63,978 bases of DNA, filler included, from Octopus bimaculoides (GCF_001194135.2; 5 parts of 4 records of this genome joined end to end with filler, not necessarily neighbours in it), one strand, 5' to 3'. Shown: positions 26,566-40,139, counted from the whole stretch's first letter. Notes: generated by a model from the sequence alone, not told the origin. Translations and numbers: made by a program.

Positions 26566-28200
26566 TGTTTTTCGAAGGCTTCAAACGGAGACCAGATATT
26601 TGTTTTCTAAATCATGATAATTGTATACTTAAATGTTAAAAATATCTTCTTTAGTAGCCGTTTTGATATACTGAGCTCCAAGGGAAGGTTTAAAGAAGAG
26701 ATCATATTTATGTATCTCGAGAGTGACACTCGTTAAAAATTTAACAACATTTATTGAACAAAATTATCTATTATGTATTAACTTTTCATTGATTTAGGTG
26801 GCCATGTACAACTTTCTTTTGTCGCATGAATAAATTACCCATCTTATTTGATAAATTGCCAATATTTCCCGGTAGGACAAAAGTAAAATACTATGGAAAT
26901 TAAACAAATGAATTATAAAACGTATATCCATAGAATTCTCGCCTCCCAAAAACTAATGAATTTTGTCGTCGCATATGGCAAGTAAATAAGACTTGATATT
27001 ATTTCTAATATATTGTAATATGATAAATTTCTAATTTAATCTTTCTAGAAATTTGAGCTAATGATATCGCACTGATATTTACCGAAACACCGAAAATTTG
27101 ATAACTAAAATAAATTTCGTGTACAACATTGAGTAGCATTTATCCCGCTTTTTCCAACGAAACAGCTTAGTCAATTCATGTACAGTTTTGGCGTCACAGT
27201 TTGGTGAGCACATCAAACATCCTTTAATTTGACCGCCCCTAGAGGAATAATTGTTTAACTATATTTAACATTACTATTTTATTTGAATTGTATTGTTATA
27301 ATTAACAAGGAAATCAATGTTGATATGGTTAACGCTACTACCATCTTCAGTATCACCTTTCTTTCTTCTGTTGTTAGTAGTAGCGGTGGTGGTAGTTGTA
27401 ACAGCAGTAGTACATGCCCTCATTAATATGATCATCATTGGAACTACTACCGTTACGATAAATATTAATAATGTTCATTTAAAAAGTGCTTCAATTTATT
27501 AATAACATTCTCTTCTCTGACTTTTCTCTCGTCTTCAGTTGAATTGTGTAGTTTGGAAATTTGGAATATTATAAACATATTTCTGTCTTACTAGAAGTAA
27601 TAGCTTGTCCTATACGTTTCCAGGTGTAATACCTTGTCCTGTATCTTTCTAGGTTTATAATCTTTGGAATATTAATTTTCATGCTCGCATTTTTACACGT
27701 AACCCATGATTTTTCCAGGCATTCCTCTTATAAGATAATTAATAATGTGTCAATTAATAATTCAAGATTTTAACTTATAAAATACTGAAATATAATATTT
27801 CAATGTTTCTGTGTATGTGATGATAATATTTCAATTTTTTTCATGTTTAATTTAATTATATGTCGTGATCGAATTATTTGATATTACTCATCTACACCAA
27901 ATTAATGGCAGCGATCTTTACCATCTTGTTGGTTAAACCACGTCTCACCAAAAGTTAGAAACAACAAAACCCCAAAACCATTAATTCTCGATTTTGAGTT
28001 GTAGATAATAGCATTGACTGTTGCTAATCTAGATCTCTCAATAATTATTCAATACAAGGAAATTATAAAAGCATATCAGATATACACAAATTAAAATTAC
28101 CTACATCTAATTTACAATTATCTAAATTACCTACACCTAAAATTAACATTAATATTAATTTGATTTATGAAAAAATTCCCTTTTAATTAATTTTGAAATC

Positions 28201-28290
28201 TGAAAAGTAAAACTATATAAGTACTGAAATAGTAAAACTATATAAGTACTATAAAAGAATATAAGTACTATAAAAGAATATAAGTACTTT
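28201..28290. repeat. AT-rich minisatellite (24/25-bp unit x2 then 19-bp unit x2, shared ATAAGTAC)
   Basis: Direct sequence. Confidence 0.8.
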
Positions 28291-28589
28291 TAACCAATGC
28301 CTTTTTCTGGACAGCCTCACTACATAACTTCAGGTCTGCCGATAGAGACACAGCCAAAACTAACTGTATTCTTGCCCCAATAAATTTAGATGCATATATC
28401 TGAAGTATCTAACACATTAATGAATTATCTTGATTAAATAATTAACTAAAAAGAAAAGGAAAGCAACTAAAAAGGAAAAGCAAAAAAAAAAGCAGAAAGC
28501 AAGTTAATTAAAGCTGAAAGAGAAAATTAAGCTTAACCTAATTCAACAGCAGATTAAAAATAACTTTATTAAAAAAGTAAAATATACGA

Positions 28590-28832
28590 AAGGCAAAGTG
28601 GATCTTGGTAAAATTTGAAAAGGCAGACAAAATACCGATTTCGTTATTTAAGCAAAGTGGAACTCGGCTGATCTTGAACTCAGAACACGAAGACAGACGA
28701 AATATCGGTAAGCATTTCACCCGGTGTGCTAACGATTCTGCCAGCTCGCCGCGTTAACGTTTCTACCAGCTCGTCGCGTTAAAATATCTGCCAGCTCTTC
28801 GTCGCGTTAACATTTTTGCCAGCTCGTCGCCT
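28590..28832 (-). mobile_element. SINE-1 5' portion with four tandem copies of the A-box head
   Basis: Units at 28731-28755, 28756-28780, 28781-28808 and 28809-28832; B-box GAGTTCAAGAT near 28672-28682 on the minus strand. Confidence 0.85.
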
Positions 28833-30123
28833 AAGTAAGCAAGCATTCATTTTAGAATTATATTCTTATATTAACATTATTGTTTGGAGCGTTACTTCTT
28901 ACTCCCACACTTACTGACATGAAATTTCATAACATTTCACCTCATAACTTTTTTCTACTAATGTTTGTTCAATGCGACTAATGATTCTGAATTCCTCATG
29001 CATTTTTCTATCATTTAAGCCTAAAACAATTATACATTTATATATTTAAAAAAATGCATTTATAGTTAATACCCTAACATATAATTCACCATTTTCGCGG
29101 TAACTTTTAAGCAGGAAGATGACTAGGCCCGTAAGATTTCAAACATCGACCATAGATAATCCTCCTCGGTTGGAGCGCCATTTACCTAAACACGTAGTGC
29201 TGACATTTTACACTTTTGAAATGATGGTGGATTAAATCATATGATGTAATCAATAAATGATGTAATCAATAAGTGCATCAATTAAATTCTACCGAAACAA
29301 CTGTAATGAATTCTAAACACCATGTGTGCTACCTTTTTATATATACGTCACATGTAGAACATGTGCCGGATCTGGTACTTACATGTCCGCAGTCATTTAC
29401 CAAAATTTGGTAACGACAAGGCTCTTTACCTTTCTGTGAAACAGGTTATCGTGCCTAGCCATTTCTAGCGTCCTTCGTATTGGTGCTTCTAAGATAACTA
29501 ATATATCTCTATACATCTGTGTGTGTGTGTGTGTGCGTGTGTGTGTGTATGCGTGTGTGTGTGCGTGTGTATGTGTGCGTGTGTGTCTGTGTGTGTGTGT
29601 GTGTGTGTGTAAATATATCTATATTTGAACCTGTGTATGCATAAAATATTGGAAAATATCTATTGCTGAAACGTGCAGATATGTTTTTTTTTCTTGGAAA
29701 AGATTGAATTTATCGGGAAGTTAATAAGTTCGCAGCTAAATTATTACCATCGACAAAAGTTTACCTGGTGCATAACAAGTTTGTACTTGCGGTCATTGAC
29801 GATGTTTTTTATCCATGTCTTTATTGTCAATTTATAGTCGCTATGTTATGAAAGGTTTTTAAAAATAGTATCTCCTCATTTATAAAGTTGTTTGTTATTT
29901 GTTATATTGTTTATTATTCCTGGCGAGGATATTAATTTCCATTGCGTGTGATATAACTTCTATGTTTTAAAGAAAAATAATTACGTGTTAATTCCGCATC
30001 TTCATAACAAAATAATCAAATGCATATAGAAACAAGAATTTTAAATAAACCATATGTGTGTGTGTGTGTGTGTATGTGTGTGTGTATACTCATATATATA
30101 TATATGCATATATACACACACAT

Positions 30124-30155
<32 letters not shown>

Positions 30156-30159
30156 GCAC

Positions 30160-30201
<42 letters not shown>

Positions 30202-30212
30202 GTATATATATA

Positions 30213-30312
30213 NNNNNNNNNNNNNNNNNNNNNNNNNNNNNNNNNNNNNNNNNNNNTTAATTAATTAANNNNNNNNNNNNNNNNNNNNNNNNNNNNNNNN
30301 NNNNNNNNNNNN
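30213..30312. other. Artificial scaffold join (44 N + TTAATTAATTAA + 44 N)
   Basis: Exactly 100 nt; the linker gives stops in all six frames; four identical joins in the window. Confidence 0.9.
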
Positions 30313-30425
30313 TATATATATATATATATATATGCACTCACACACAACTAACCAGCTTTACATACTTAACTACCTACTTACCTACCTACCTATCTACCTA
30401 CCTATCTACCTACTTAAATACATAC

Positions 30426-30456
<31 letters not shown>

Positions 30457-31946
30457 CACACATACATACATACATAACAGCATAATATTTGCACGAGACA
30501 ACGGCAGGAGCAGCGTTTGTTATTCTCGTGAGATTGGAATGCCGTCTAAATATCCGTTGTCCACGATCTTTGCTCGCCGAAGAGATTTCCCTCCGAATGT
30601 ACCCATTTAGCATCTGACTCCTTATTAAGGAGAAACGCTTCCGGATAATTATTACGGGTGCATAAACATGTGTATAAACACATTAATAAAGACTATCACC
30701 TATTTTCATTGGAATATATCCTCCATGTTTCCACTCTCTATTTCCGTTCATTATGTTTTCTCACTGCATATATTTTTTAATATATATTTATTTATTATTA
30801 TGTATTAAAGGAGTTTGGTAGTTTGTGTTTGTGGTTTTGTCTTATTACTTCGTGTTTTCAGAATTTTTATTTTATTTATATTGTAAGAGCTGCTTTCTTT
30901 TATATTTAAGTATACTGCTGTTGTACGTTCGTGTACAATCATGCACAAACAGGGAATAATACACATATACGCTCAGGCACAATGAAATAGAGCCCAAATA
31001 TGCACAATCGCACTGCTGTACACACAACACAAACACATATACATACATGTATATATATATATATATATNNNNNNNNNNNNNNNNNNNNNNNNNNNNNNNN
31101 NNNNNNNNNNNNNNNNNNNNNNNNNNNNNNNNNNNNNNNNNNNNNNNNNNNNNNNNNNNNNNNNNNNNNNNNNNNNNNNNNNNNNNNNNNNNNNNNNNNN
31201 NNNNNNNNNNNNNNNNNNNNNNNNNNNNNNNNNNNNNNNNNNNNNNNNNNNNNNNNNNNNNNNNNNNNNNNNNNNNNNNNNNNNNNNNNNNNNNNNNNNN
31301 NNNNNNNNNNNNNNNNNNNNNNNNNNNNNNNNNNNNNNNNNNNNNNNNNNNNNNNNNNNNNNNNNNNNNNNNNNNNNNNNNNNNNNNNNNNNNNNNNNNN
31401 NNNNNNNNNNNNNNNNNNNNNNNNNNNNNNNNNNNNNNNNNNNNNNNNNNNNNNNNNNNNNNNNNNNNNNNNNNNNNNNNNNNNNNNNNNNNNNNNNNNN
31501 NNNNNNNNNNNNNNNNNNNNNNNNNNNNNNNNNNNNNNNNNNNNNNNNNNNNNNNNNNNNNNNNNNNNNNNNNNNNNNNNNNNNNNNNNNNNNNNNNNNN
31601 NNNNNNNNNNNNNNNNNNNNNNNNNNNNNNNNNNNNNNNNNNNNNNNNNNNNNNNNNNNNNNNNNNNNNNNNNNNNNNNNNNNNNNNNNNNNNNNNNNNN
31701 NNNNNNNNNNNNNNNNNNNNNNNNNNNNNNNNNNNNNNNNNNNNNNNNNNNNNNNNNNNNNNNNNNNNNNNNNNNNNNNNNNNNNNNNNNNNNNNNNNNN
31801 NNNNNNNNNNNNNNNNNNNNNNNNNNNNNNNNNNNNNNNNNNNNNNNNNNNNNNNNNNNNNNNNNNNNNNNNNNNNNNNNNNNNNNNNNNNNNNNNNNNN
31901 NNNNNNNNNNNNNNNNNNNNNNNNNNNNNNNNNNNNNNNNNNNNNN

Positions 31947-32003
<57 letters not shown>

Positions 32004-32749
32004 CCTCTCTCTCTCACACACACACAAATGCACAAACGCAACTCATACACTGTCACATACACACTCTCACGCACCCATCTTGTGTTTCGGCCGTCTTCTT
32101 TAGCAATAAAAGGAAAGGAAAGACAAATAATTGTACTTCCTGAATCATAACAACATCCAATCGAATGACTTTTACTCACGACGAAATAATTGCCATACTA
32201 TACTTAGGTCATCAGGTTTGTATTTTATTTCTGTATATTTGCTAATTCTATTTCGACACATTTTTCATAATTCTGTGTGGGTTTGGCCGTTTATATTCCC
32301 TCTGTTTCGACTAAGACCTCGACAAATATATCGTTTGCTCTTTCCTTCCCATCAACTTGATATGCTTTATCCAACGTATTGAGCAATAAAAATAACCATA
32401 AGAAAACCACTAAAACATTAATAACATATCGGTGGTTATAGTTTCGCAATTCAGTTTCATCATATCTTACTGTTTTCTAAGACGTATCACACATATTATT
32501 CATTCTAGAATGTTGCTAATATTTTTTCATTTTTTCTTCTGATTTTTGGTTTGCTTTTTTTTTTATTCTCTCGCTGTTTCACCTTCATATTTACCCTACA
32601 ACATTTGATCTTTTTTTCACAACCTGTGTATTGCTTAGCTTCGAACACTTACCAATCAATTTTTACAAGTGGTTTTACAAATTTCTTACCACGATAAGTA
32701 TGTAATCGTGTTCGTTCAGGACACTGTGCAAACGTTAATATATAATATA

Positions 32750-33015
<266 letters not shown>

Positions 33016-33149
33016 ATATATATGTATACGCATGTGTGTACGTGTTTAAATATGTCTGTGATTATGTGTGTGTTTATGTGGGTGTCACTAGATAGATAGA
33101 CAGACAGATATGTACGTATGTATTATATGTATGTATGTATGCATGCATG

Positions 33150-33194
<45 letters not shown>

Positions 33195-33399
33195 GCACAT
33201 GCTTACGAAAACAGAATCATTAGCATACACAGATACACAAGCGCGCGTGCACACTCGCACACAAGTTTGTCTGCAGCTAAAGAGCTCGTTTCCAGGCATT
33301 GTAGTAGTTGTGATGTCCATCTAACTGCTTAGCGTACGAATAAGCATGCTCTTCAATATTTTCAGATTGGTCTTTGTCTTGAGGGTGGACATCAGTCAA

Positions 33400-34000
33400 C
33401 AGAGATCATATGAAATTTCGTCGCCACAGGTATTAGGACCCAAAACTACTAGATTCCTAAGGGATGGTATGAAGACATCTAAGAAAACAGCAGCTCTGAA
33501 GAGGGCCCTTTTTCTATTATGTTTTGAGCCCTTGACTTGAGGATACAAATAGACTTGAAAAATAGAGTTATTTTTCCGGACGATATGACATTGTCATTGC
33601 CACACCCAGTTCTGTTATAATCTAACCAGGAATAGAAAAATATTTGAGTTAGTTGTACTCAAAGTGCTCTTCAAAGCAGTTTGAGTACAACTGGCATATC
33701 TCACAGATTGTAGAAAAAAAATAGGATATACTCAAAGATGGCATGCAGTCTGGCTTGATGTTCAATGAAAAGGCAAGGTTTTTCAACCAGTTTAGTCTGT
33801 TATTTCCTGCAGAGAAATAGCAACTAAAGGAAGCTACCAGGATATAACCACGACAAGCAAAACCAGTTCAATGTGGATGTGATTAACAGGAAATCGCAGA
33901 TGGAACAATGATTTTCAACAAAGGAGAATTCGCCCCCGCCCTCGTCCATCCTGACGAAGAGTACAGACTGAAGGAGTCGAGGCTTGGCACTTTGATATAC
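33400..34000 (+). mobile_element. Highly decayed non-LTR retrotransposon RT remnant (R2/NeSL-like?)
   Basis: Ordered motif ghosts LFLLCFEPL (RT4-like), VIFPDDMTL (RT5-like), GLMFNEK (RT6-like), PALVHPDEEYR (RT7-like), in different frames. Confidence 0.35.
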
Positions 34001-34221
34001 ACGTTGAAGATTGAGAAGGGTCTCCAACACTACGAGAACTTTAGGCACCAACACGAGAAAAGCTTCAAAGTACTTGAGATCTATGTTCCGGCATACAGAC
34101 ACACACACACACGCACGCACACACGCACGCACACATATTGCTAAGAGTAACAACAGACGTGTAACCACTAGTAATTTTGTGATCGCCATAACCAACGCCT
34201 ATATCAAATACATACATATAC

Positions 34222-34560
<339 letters not shown>

Positions 34561-34609
34561 GTATATATATACACACATACAACATGACACCTCCATTTGC
34601 ATATATATT

Positions 34610-35045
34610 CTTTTATTTTTTTCAATTGTTTCAGTGTTGTTTACTGCGGCCATGCTGGATCACCATTATTCTTTTATTCTTTTATTTGCTTCAGTCTATA
34701 GGCAGCGGTCATGGGGTCGGATAAGCAGAAAGTAGTACTTAAAACTTTTACTAAGCCTGGAACTTATGTTATCGGTTTCTTTTGCCGGAACGGGGACATA
34801 AATACGCCAACGCCGGTTGTCAAACTGTGGTAGTGGACGAACACAGACACAAAGACATACACACACACATACACACACACGCACACACATACACACATAC
34901 TCACACATATACATATATGCGACGGGCTTCTTTCAATTTCTGTCTCACAAATCAACTCACAATGCTTTGGCTTTGCCTAAGATGCCATGCAGTGGGACTG
35001 AATCCGGGAAATTGTGGCTGGGAAGCAACCTTCATGCTACACACC
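34610..35045 (-). mobile_element. SINE-2, older rearranged copy with both halves and internal (CA)n
   Basis: Tail at 34625-34660, middle at 34750-34860, head GACGGGCTTCTTTCAA...TGCCATGCAGTGGGACTGAATCCGGG. Confidence 0.75.
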
Positions 35046-35477
35046 CACACTTACGCACACTTACGCACACGCATAAACACATACATATACCTACTAAATG
35101 TATGCAGACAGTGGGAGAGCGGAAGATAAAACAAGAGGGCTTTATATATAAAACTCCATGTATTAATACATGAATTCATGTTTATATGTAGCTGGGTTTG
35201 ATTGAATAACACAACACATTCTCTTGTTTATACACCGGATTTCCCAAATTTAAGAATAGAATCAAAGATATCACCAAAGCTGTTATAATACGTAGAAAGT
35301 TATGTCTATTGTGACAACTAGACTTAATGTCTGTTCACGTGAGTAACTTAGACTCAGACCAGTGAATACGTAAATGTATATGTGTGTATGTATGTATGTA
35401 TGTATGTATGTATGTATGTATGTTCCTTTTTCTTACTTTATCGGGTTTTCTATGTATACATATATATATATATATAT

Positions 35478-35504
35478 ACTAGCAGAGATACCCGGCGTTG
35501 CCCG

Positions 35505-35505
<1 letters not shown>
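35478..35505 (+). mobile_element. Possible Helitron-type 5' terminal stub within (TA)n
   Basis: ACTAGCAGAGATACCCGGCGTTGCCCGA resembles the ACTAG...CCCGGC...GCCCG starts of non-autonomous Helitron families (recalled, not verified). Confidence 0.35.
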
Positions 35506-35536
<31 letters not shown>

Positions 35537-35549
35537 ATATATATATATA

Positions 35550-35687
35550 CTCTTTTACTCTTTTACTTGTTTCAGTCTTTTGACTGTGGCCATGCTGGAG
35601 CACCGCCTTTAGTCGAGCAAATCGACCCCAAGACTTATTCTTTGGAAGCCTATTACTTATTCTTTCGGTCTCTTTTGCCGAACCGCT
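35550..35687 (-). mobile_element. SINE-2 3' half truncated by a gap
   Basis: Same tail motif; gap 35688-36193 follows. Confidence 0.9.
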
Positions 35688-36193
35688 NNNNNNNNNNNNN
35701 NNNNNNNNNNNNNNNNNNNNNNNNNNNNNNNNNNNNNNNNNNNNNNNNNNNNNNNNNNNNNNNNNNNNNNNNNNNNNNNNNNNNNNNNNNNNNNNNNNNN
35801 NNNNNNNNNNNNNNNNNNNNNNNNNNNNNNNNNNNNNNNNNNNNNNNNNNNNNNNNNNNNNNNNNNNNNNNNNNNNNNNNNNNNNNNNNNNNNNNNNNNN
35901 NNNNNNNNNNNNNNNNNNNNNNNNNNNNNNNNNNNNNNNNNNNNNNNNNNNNNNNNNNNNNNNNNNNNNNNNNNNNNNNNNNNNNNNNNNNNNNNNNNNN
36001 NNNNNNNNNNNNNNNNNNNNNNNNNNNNNNNNNNNNNNNNNNNNNNNNNNNNNNNNNNNNNNNNNNNNNNNNNNNNNNNNNNNNNNNNNNNNNNNNNNNN
36101 NNNNNNNNNNNNNNNNNNNNNNNNNNNNNNNNNNNNNNNNNNNNNNNNNNNNNNNNNNNNNNNNNNNNNNNNNNNNNNNNNNNNNNNNNNNNN

Positions 36194-36238
<45 letters not shown>

Positions 36239-36543
36239 ATACATATATGTAAATGCACACTCATACAAGTGTATACTCATGTATACTGGATTGTAAGTAA
36301 ATATATTTATATGTGTGTGTGTAAATGTATGCTTATATGTATGTATGTATCTATGTATGTGTGTGTGTGTATGTATGTAACACTAACGTCATCACTAATG
36401 CAAGTAATCTAATACTCATCCACGAAGCCACACTTAGAAATTACTACCCGAAAATCATCCAGATACTTGGATATGTGTTTATGATTTTATATGTGACCTT
36501 GTGTACAACCACACACACACACATACACACACACGCACACACA

Positions 36544-36583
<40 letters not shown>

Positions 36584-36718
36584 TACGCACTCACACACAC
36601 ACATATACAGGCATGAAATATATTTATGTGACGTACAGCACTTAACAAGCAGGAAAACCAAGCTGGCAAAATGGCAGGTCAATCGACTTTATCGGCCTCT
36701 TCTGTCTTACTGGCGGCG

Positions 36719-36915
36719 CACATATTTAACCCGTAGCTGCAACGGTTAGCCTCATCAGAATATGATTCCTCTTGTTTCCTGGCATTCAACCTCCAATTTT
36801 ACTTCTAATAATAACAATCACGTTTTCAGTATATGCCATTCTGTTACACCAAAGATGGTTTTAGAATTGCGCATACATCTGATTAATATTATTAATATTG
36901 TGTTGTAGAATATAC
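36719..36915. repeat. ~200-bp dispersed direct repeat, copy 1, with hammerhead-like end on the minus strand
   Basis: Aligns end to end with 38100-38296. Confidence 0.85.
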
Positions 36916-36935
36916 TTATATTCTTGTTGCCGGTT

Positions 36936-36978
<43 letters not shown>

Positions 36979-37086
36979 AACTATAATTATTGATAATTGT
37001 GTAGGTTTATGCGGAAAGGCAATTCAGTTATAAATTTAGTTTTGTTTTCTAGACAATAGTTTACGCGCGCGCGCACACACGCATAC

Positions 37087-37130
<44 letters not shown>

Positions 37131-37169
37131 GCTTACACATAAACACAGCCCACACGTCCCAATGTATAT

Positions 37170-37178
37170 ATATATATG

Positions 37179-37220
<42 letters not shown>

Positions 37221-37227
37221 CACATGG

Positions 37228-37269
<42 letters not shown>

Positions 37270-37370
37270 TGCACACACATATATACATATACACACATGC
37301 AAACACACACAAATATAAATATGTATATTTATATATATATATTTTTGTACATATATCTATATATACGTAC

Positions 37371-37448
<78 letters not shown>

Positions 37449-37477
37449 AGAGAGAGAGAGAGAGAGAGAGAGTTAGG

Positions 37478-37509
<32 letters not shown>

Positions 37510-37510
37510 A
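37170..37510. repeat. Compound (TA)n/(TG)n/(GA)n/(GATA)n microsatellite
   Basis: Direct sequence. Confidence 0.9.
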
Positions 37511-38099
37511 AAATAGGTAGTAGGCATCGAGTATATAAATCCTGGTGTATTTTGAAAGAGTAGCGTGTGTGTGATTCGAGGGAGATTCGACTCCTTTTTA
37601 GCGGGTTCAGTCTGTAATTGCTAAGGTGAATATGATGTACATATTCAGAAAAATTCATAGATATGATGAGTACTAAAACACATAACTCTGCGCTATGTCC
37701 GTATGTTAAAGTCACGTGACATAATTTCACCGAAGGTGAAGGCTTTTTAATGTAGTAACTGTGTCATGGGACACATATGAAAGACAGGTTTTGAAAAAAA
37801 AACTATAAGCAGAGAATTAGCTTAGTAGTATACGTGCATGGTTGTCTATGCGTTTGTGAGAATGTGAACTGCAACTGTGATTTTTCACTTTAAAATATTG
37901 TTATTCCTTATTTAGTCAAGGATTCTTTTGTTTTTAATAAACATATCTGTTTCACTTATTCGTATTTGTTATAGGATTTTTGTCTGGATAAAATTGAACT
38001 GGGGAGACTACGCATTTTGGTTATTTACTTGTTGCAAATGATTGTAAATCTTCGTTTAACGAATCTGTTTGGTATAAATAGCCTGTATTATTAGTGGTT

Positions 38100-38296
38100 C
38101 ACATATTTAACCCGTAGCTACAATAGTTAGCTTCATCAGAATATGATTCCTCTTGTTTCTTGGCATTCAACTTCCAATTTTATTTCCAATAAACACAATC
38201 ACGTTTTCAGTACATGTCATCCTGTTACACCAAAGATGATTGCAGCATTGAGACTACAACTGATTCGTATTATTAATATTGTGTTATAGAATATAC
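38100..38296. repeat. ~200-bp dispersed direct repeat, copy 2
   Basis: Aligns to 36719-36915. Confidence 0.85.
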
Positions 38297-39269
38297 GTAT
38301 AGTCAAAGCTAGAAACAATTCTCTCCCCTTCAGTAGCAGCCAACCACGATGTGTTTTACAAACTACTTCTCAAGCTAAGTTTCGTTTGATCCGTGCAATT
38401 TTCGTAACATACATTACAGTTCATTATACAAATATTTTGACGAACGTGTGACGTATTTTTATTACAGGAAGATATGTGTTTTTTATAAAATAGATGCAGG
38501 TTCAATAGTAATGACAGCCACATTTTCTGGCTATTGCTGCTATGCGCGTAGTGAGTAATTTGCTGCTGGTGAATACTTTTTATGGAATTTGGTCATCCTT
38601 TGCTAATTATTTTGAGTATTTCGAAATTTTGTTTTCATTCTTGTGTCTTCCTTCAATTACAGAATGTATTGATGGATAATTCTGAGTGGTTCTGTATTTC
38701 TTGGGTTCTATATTGTCATCTAATATAAAGTATTTGGAATGTTTGAATTGTTTTCGTAATTCTTGAATGTCTGATACAATGACAGACTTTAATTTGTTAT
38801 TAGTTATTTTATTGGGTACCTTCGTTCAAGTGGAACTTGGTTTAATTCTCTCAGTCTTTTATTTCTAGCTTCAAAATTCAAAACAAATGGACATACCCTT
38901 CGTGACACTCATGTTAATTTTGGTATGATTTCTAAAAACATGATGTGGTTTGCACCAGTGACTTGAAGAACTTAATCACATGGAAATAAAAAACTAAAAC
39001 TAAAATCTAAAAATAAAAGAATTATGTGTACGCTATTCACTGTATAATATAAATTCTTCAACATGCTCAAAGCTGGAAACGATTCTCTCTCCTTCAGAAG
39101 CAGTCAACTACGATGTGCTATTAATTTATTACGAAAAAACAAAACCTGTGCACTGTGCTAGCATACTTATATCGGCTGGCAAAGTCTTCCAAAAACAAAG
39201 AACACCAATAAAAAATAGTAGCTGATGTTGTAGAAGAGAACGACTGTTGGATCATATCTAAGATTATAT

Positions 39270-39588
39270 AACTGTCGCTCCGTCGGTTACGACAATGAGG
39301 GTTGTAGGTTATACGATCAACGAAACAGCCTGCTTGTGAAATTAACGTGTAAGTGGCTGAGCACTTTACAGACACGCGTTCCCTTAACGTAGTTCTCAAG
39401 GAGATTCAGCGTGACAGAATGTAACAAAGCTGGCCATTTGAATTATAGGTAAAACTATTTTTTAACAGCTGAATGGACTGGTGCGACATGAAATAAAGTA
39501 TTTCACTCGTGGACACAACGTGCCGCCGGTGATCAAACTCACCACTTTACGATCGTCAGCCGAATACTCTAACCCCTAATCCACGCTC
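39270..39588 (-). mobile_element. SINE-3 full length with 12-bp TSD
   Basis: CTAAGATTATAT at 39258-39269 and 39589-39600; tRNA-like head on the minus strand; homologous to 19252-19555. Confidence 0.9.
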
Positions 39589-40076
39589 CTAAGATTATAT
39601 TATGTTCAGCTGGTTGTTGGAAATAAATGATATGTTGCTAATAGCCATGTAAAGTATATTGACATTATAAAATCCAATTTACATAATCGAAAGCTATGAA
39701 CGCAGGGTGACGGATGTTGAAAGTAATTACTAAATACATTATAAATACTAATCGTTTATTGCATGAAAGCTTATCGTCGCCCCAGCAGATGATACAAGAG
39801 TTTATTCAGTATTCCCTTTTGTCACTTATCTGTGAGTATTTGTTTTTCTGTTTTGTTTTGTGAATGTTTCCTTTGACAGAGTAGTGTCCTAAAAAGCGGG
39901 AAACATGTCATCCATTTTACGTTGCTAAAAGCAGGATACATAAATGGCCGTTGGATTCGATTTAATTAATAAACATATAGCCAAATGATGATCACGCAGG
40001 AGAGGCTACTATATTAATTAACTATAAACAACATATGTCTATATATGTATACATGCATATAGGCTTACGTGTATAA

Positions 40077-40139
<63 letters not shown>

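Noticed and set aside
27900-28560. AT-rich segment that looked like a mitochondrial insertion (NUMT) or L1/Tx1 end
   Set aside because: No recognisable mitochondrial gene, tRNA or LINE motif on translation.
24294-28832. Short tandem arrays (24294-24349, 28731-28832) as CRISPR-like arrays
   Set aside because: Head-to-tail repeats without unique spacers, inside eukaryotic transposons, with no cas genes.
39770-39837. Possible 62-nt exon (AG…|GTGAGT; LIVAPADDTRVYSVFPFVTY or LSSPQQMIQEFIQYSLLSLI)
   Set aside because: Weak acceptor, no recognisable protein, and expected by chance in 64 kb.
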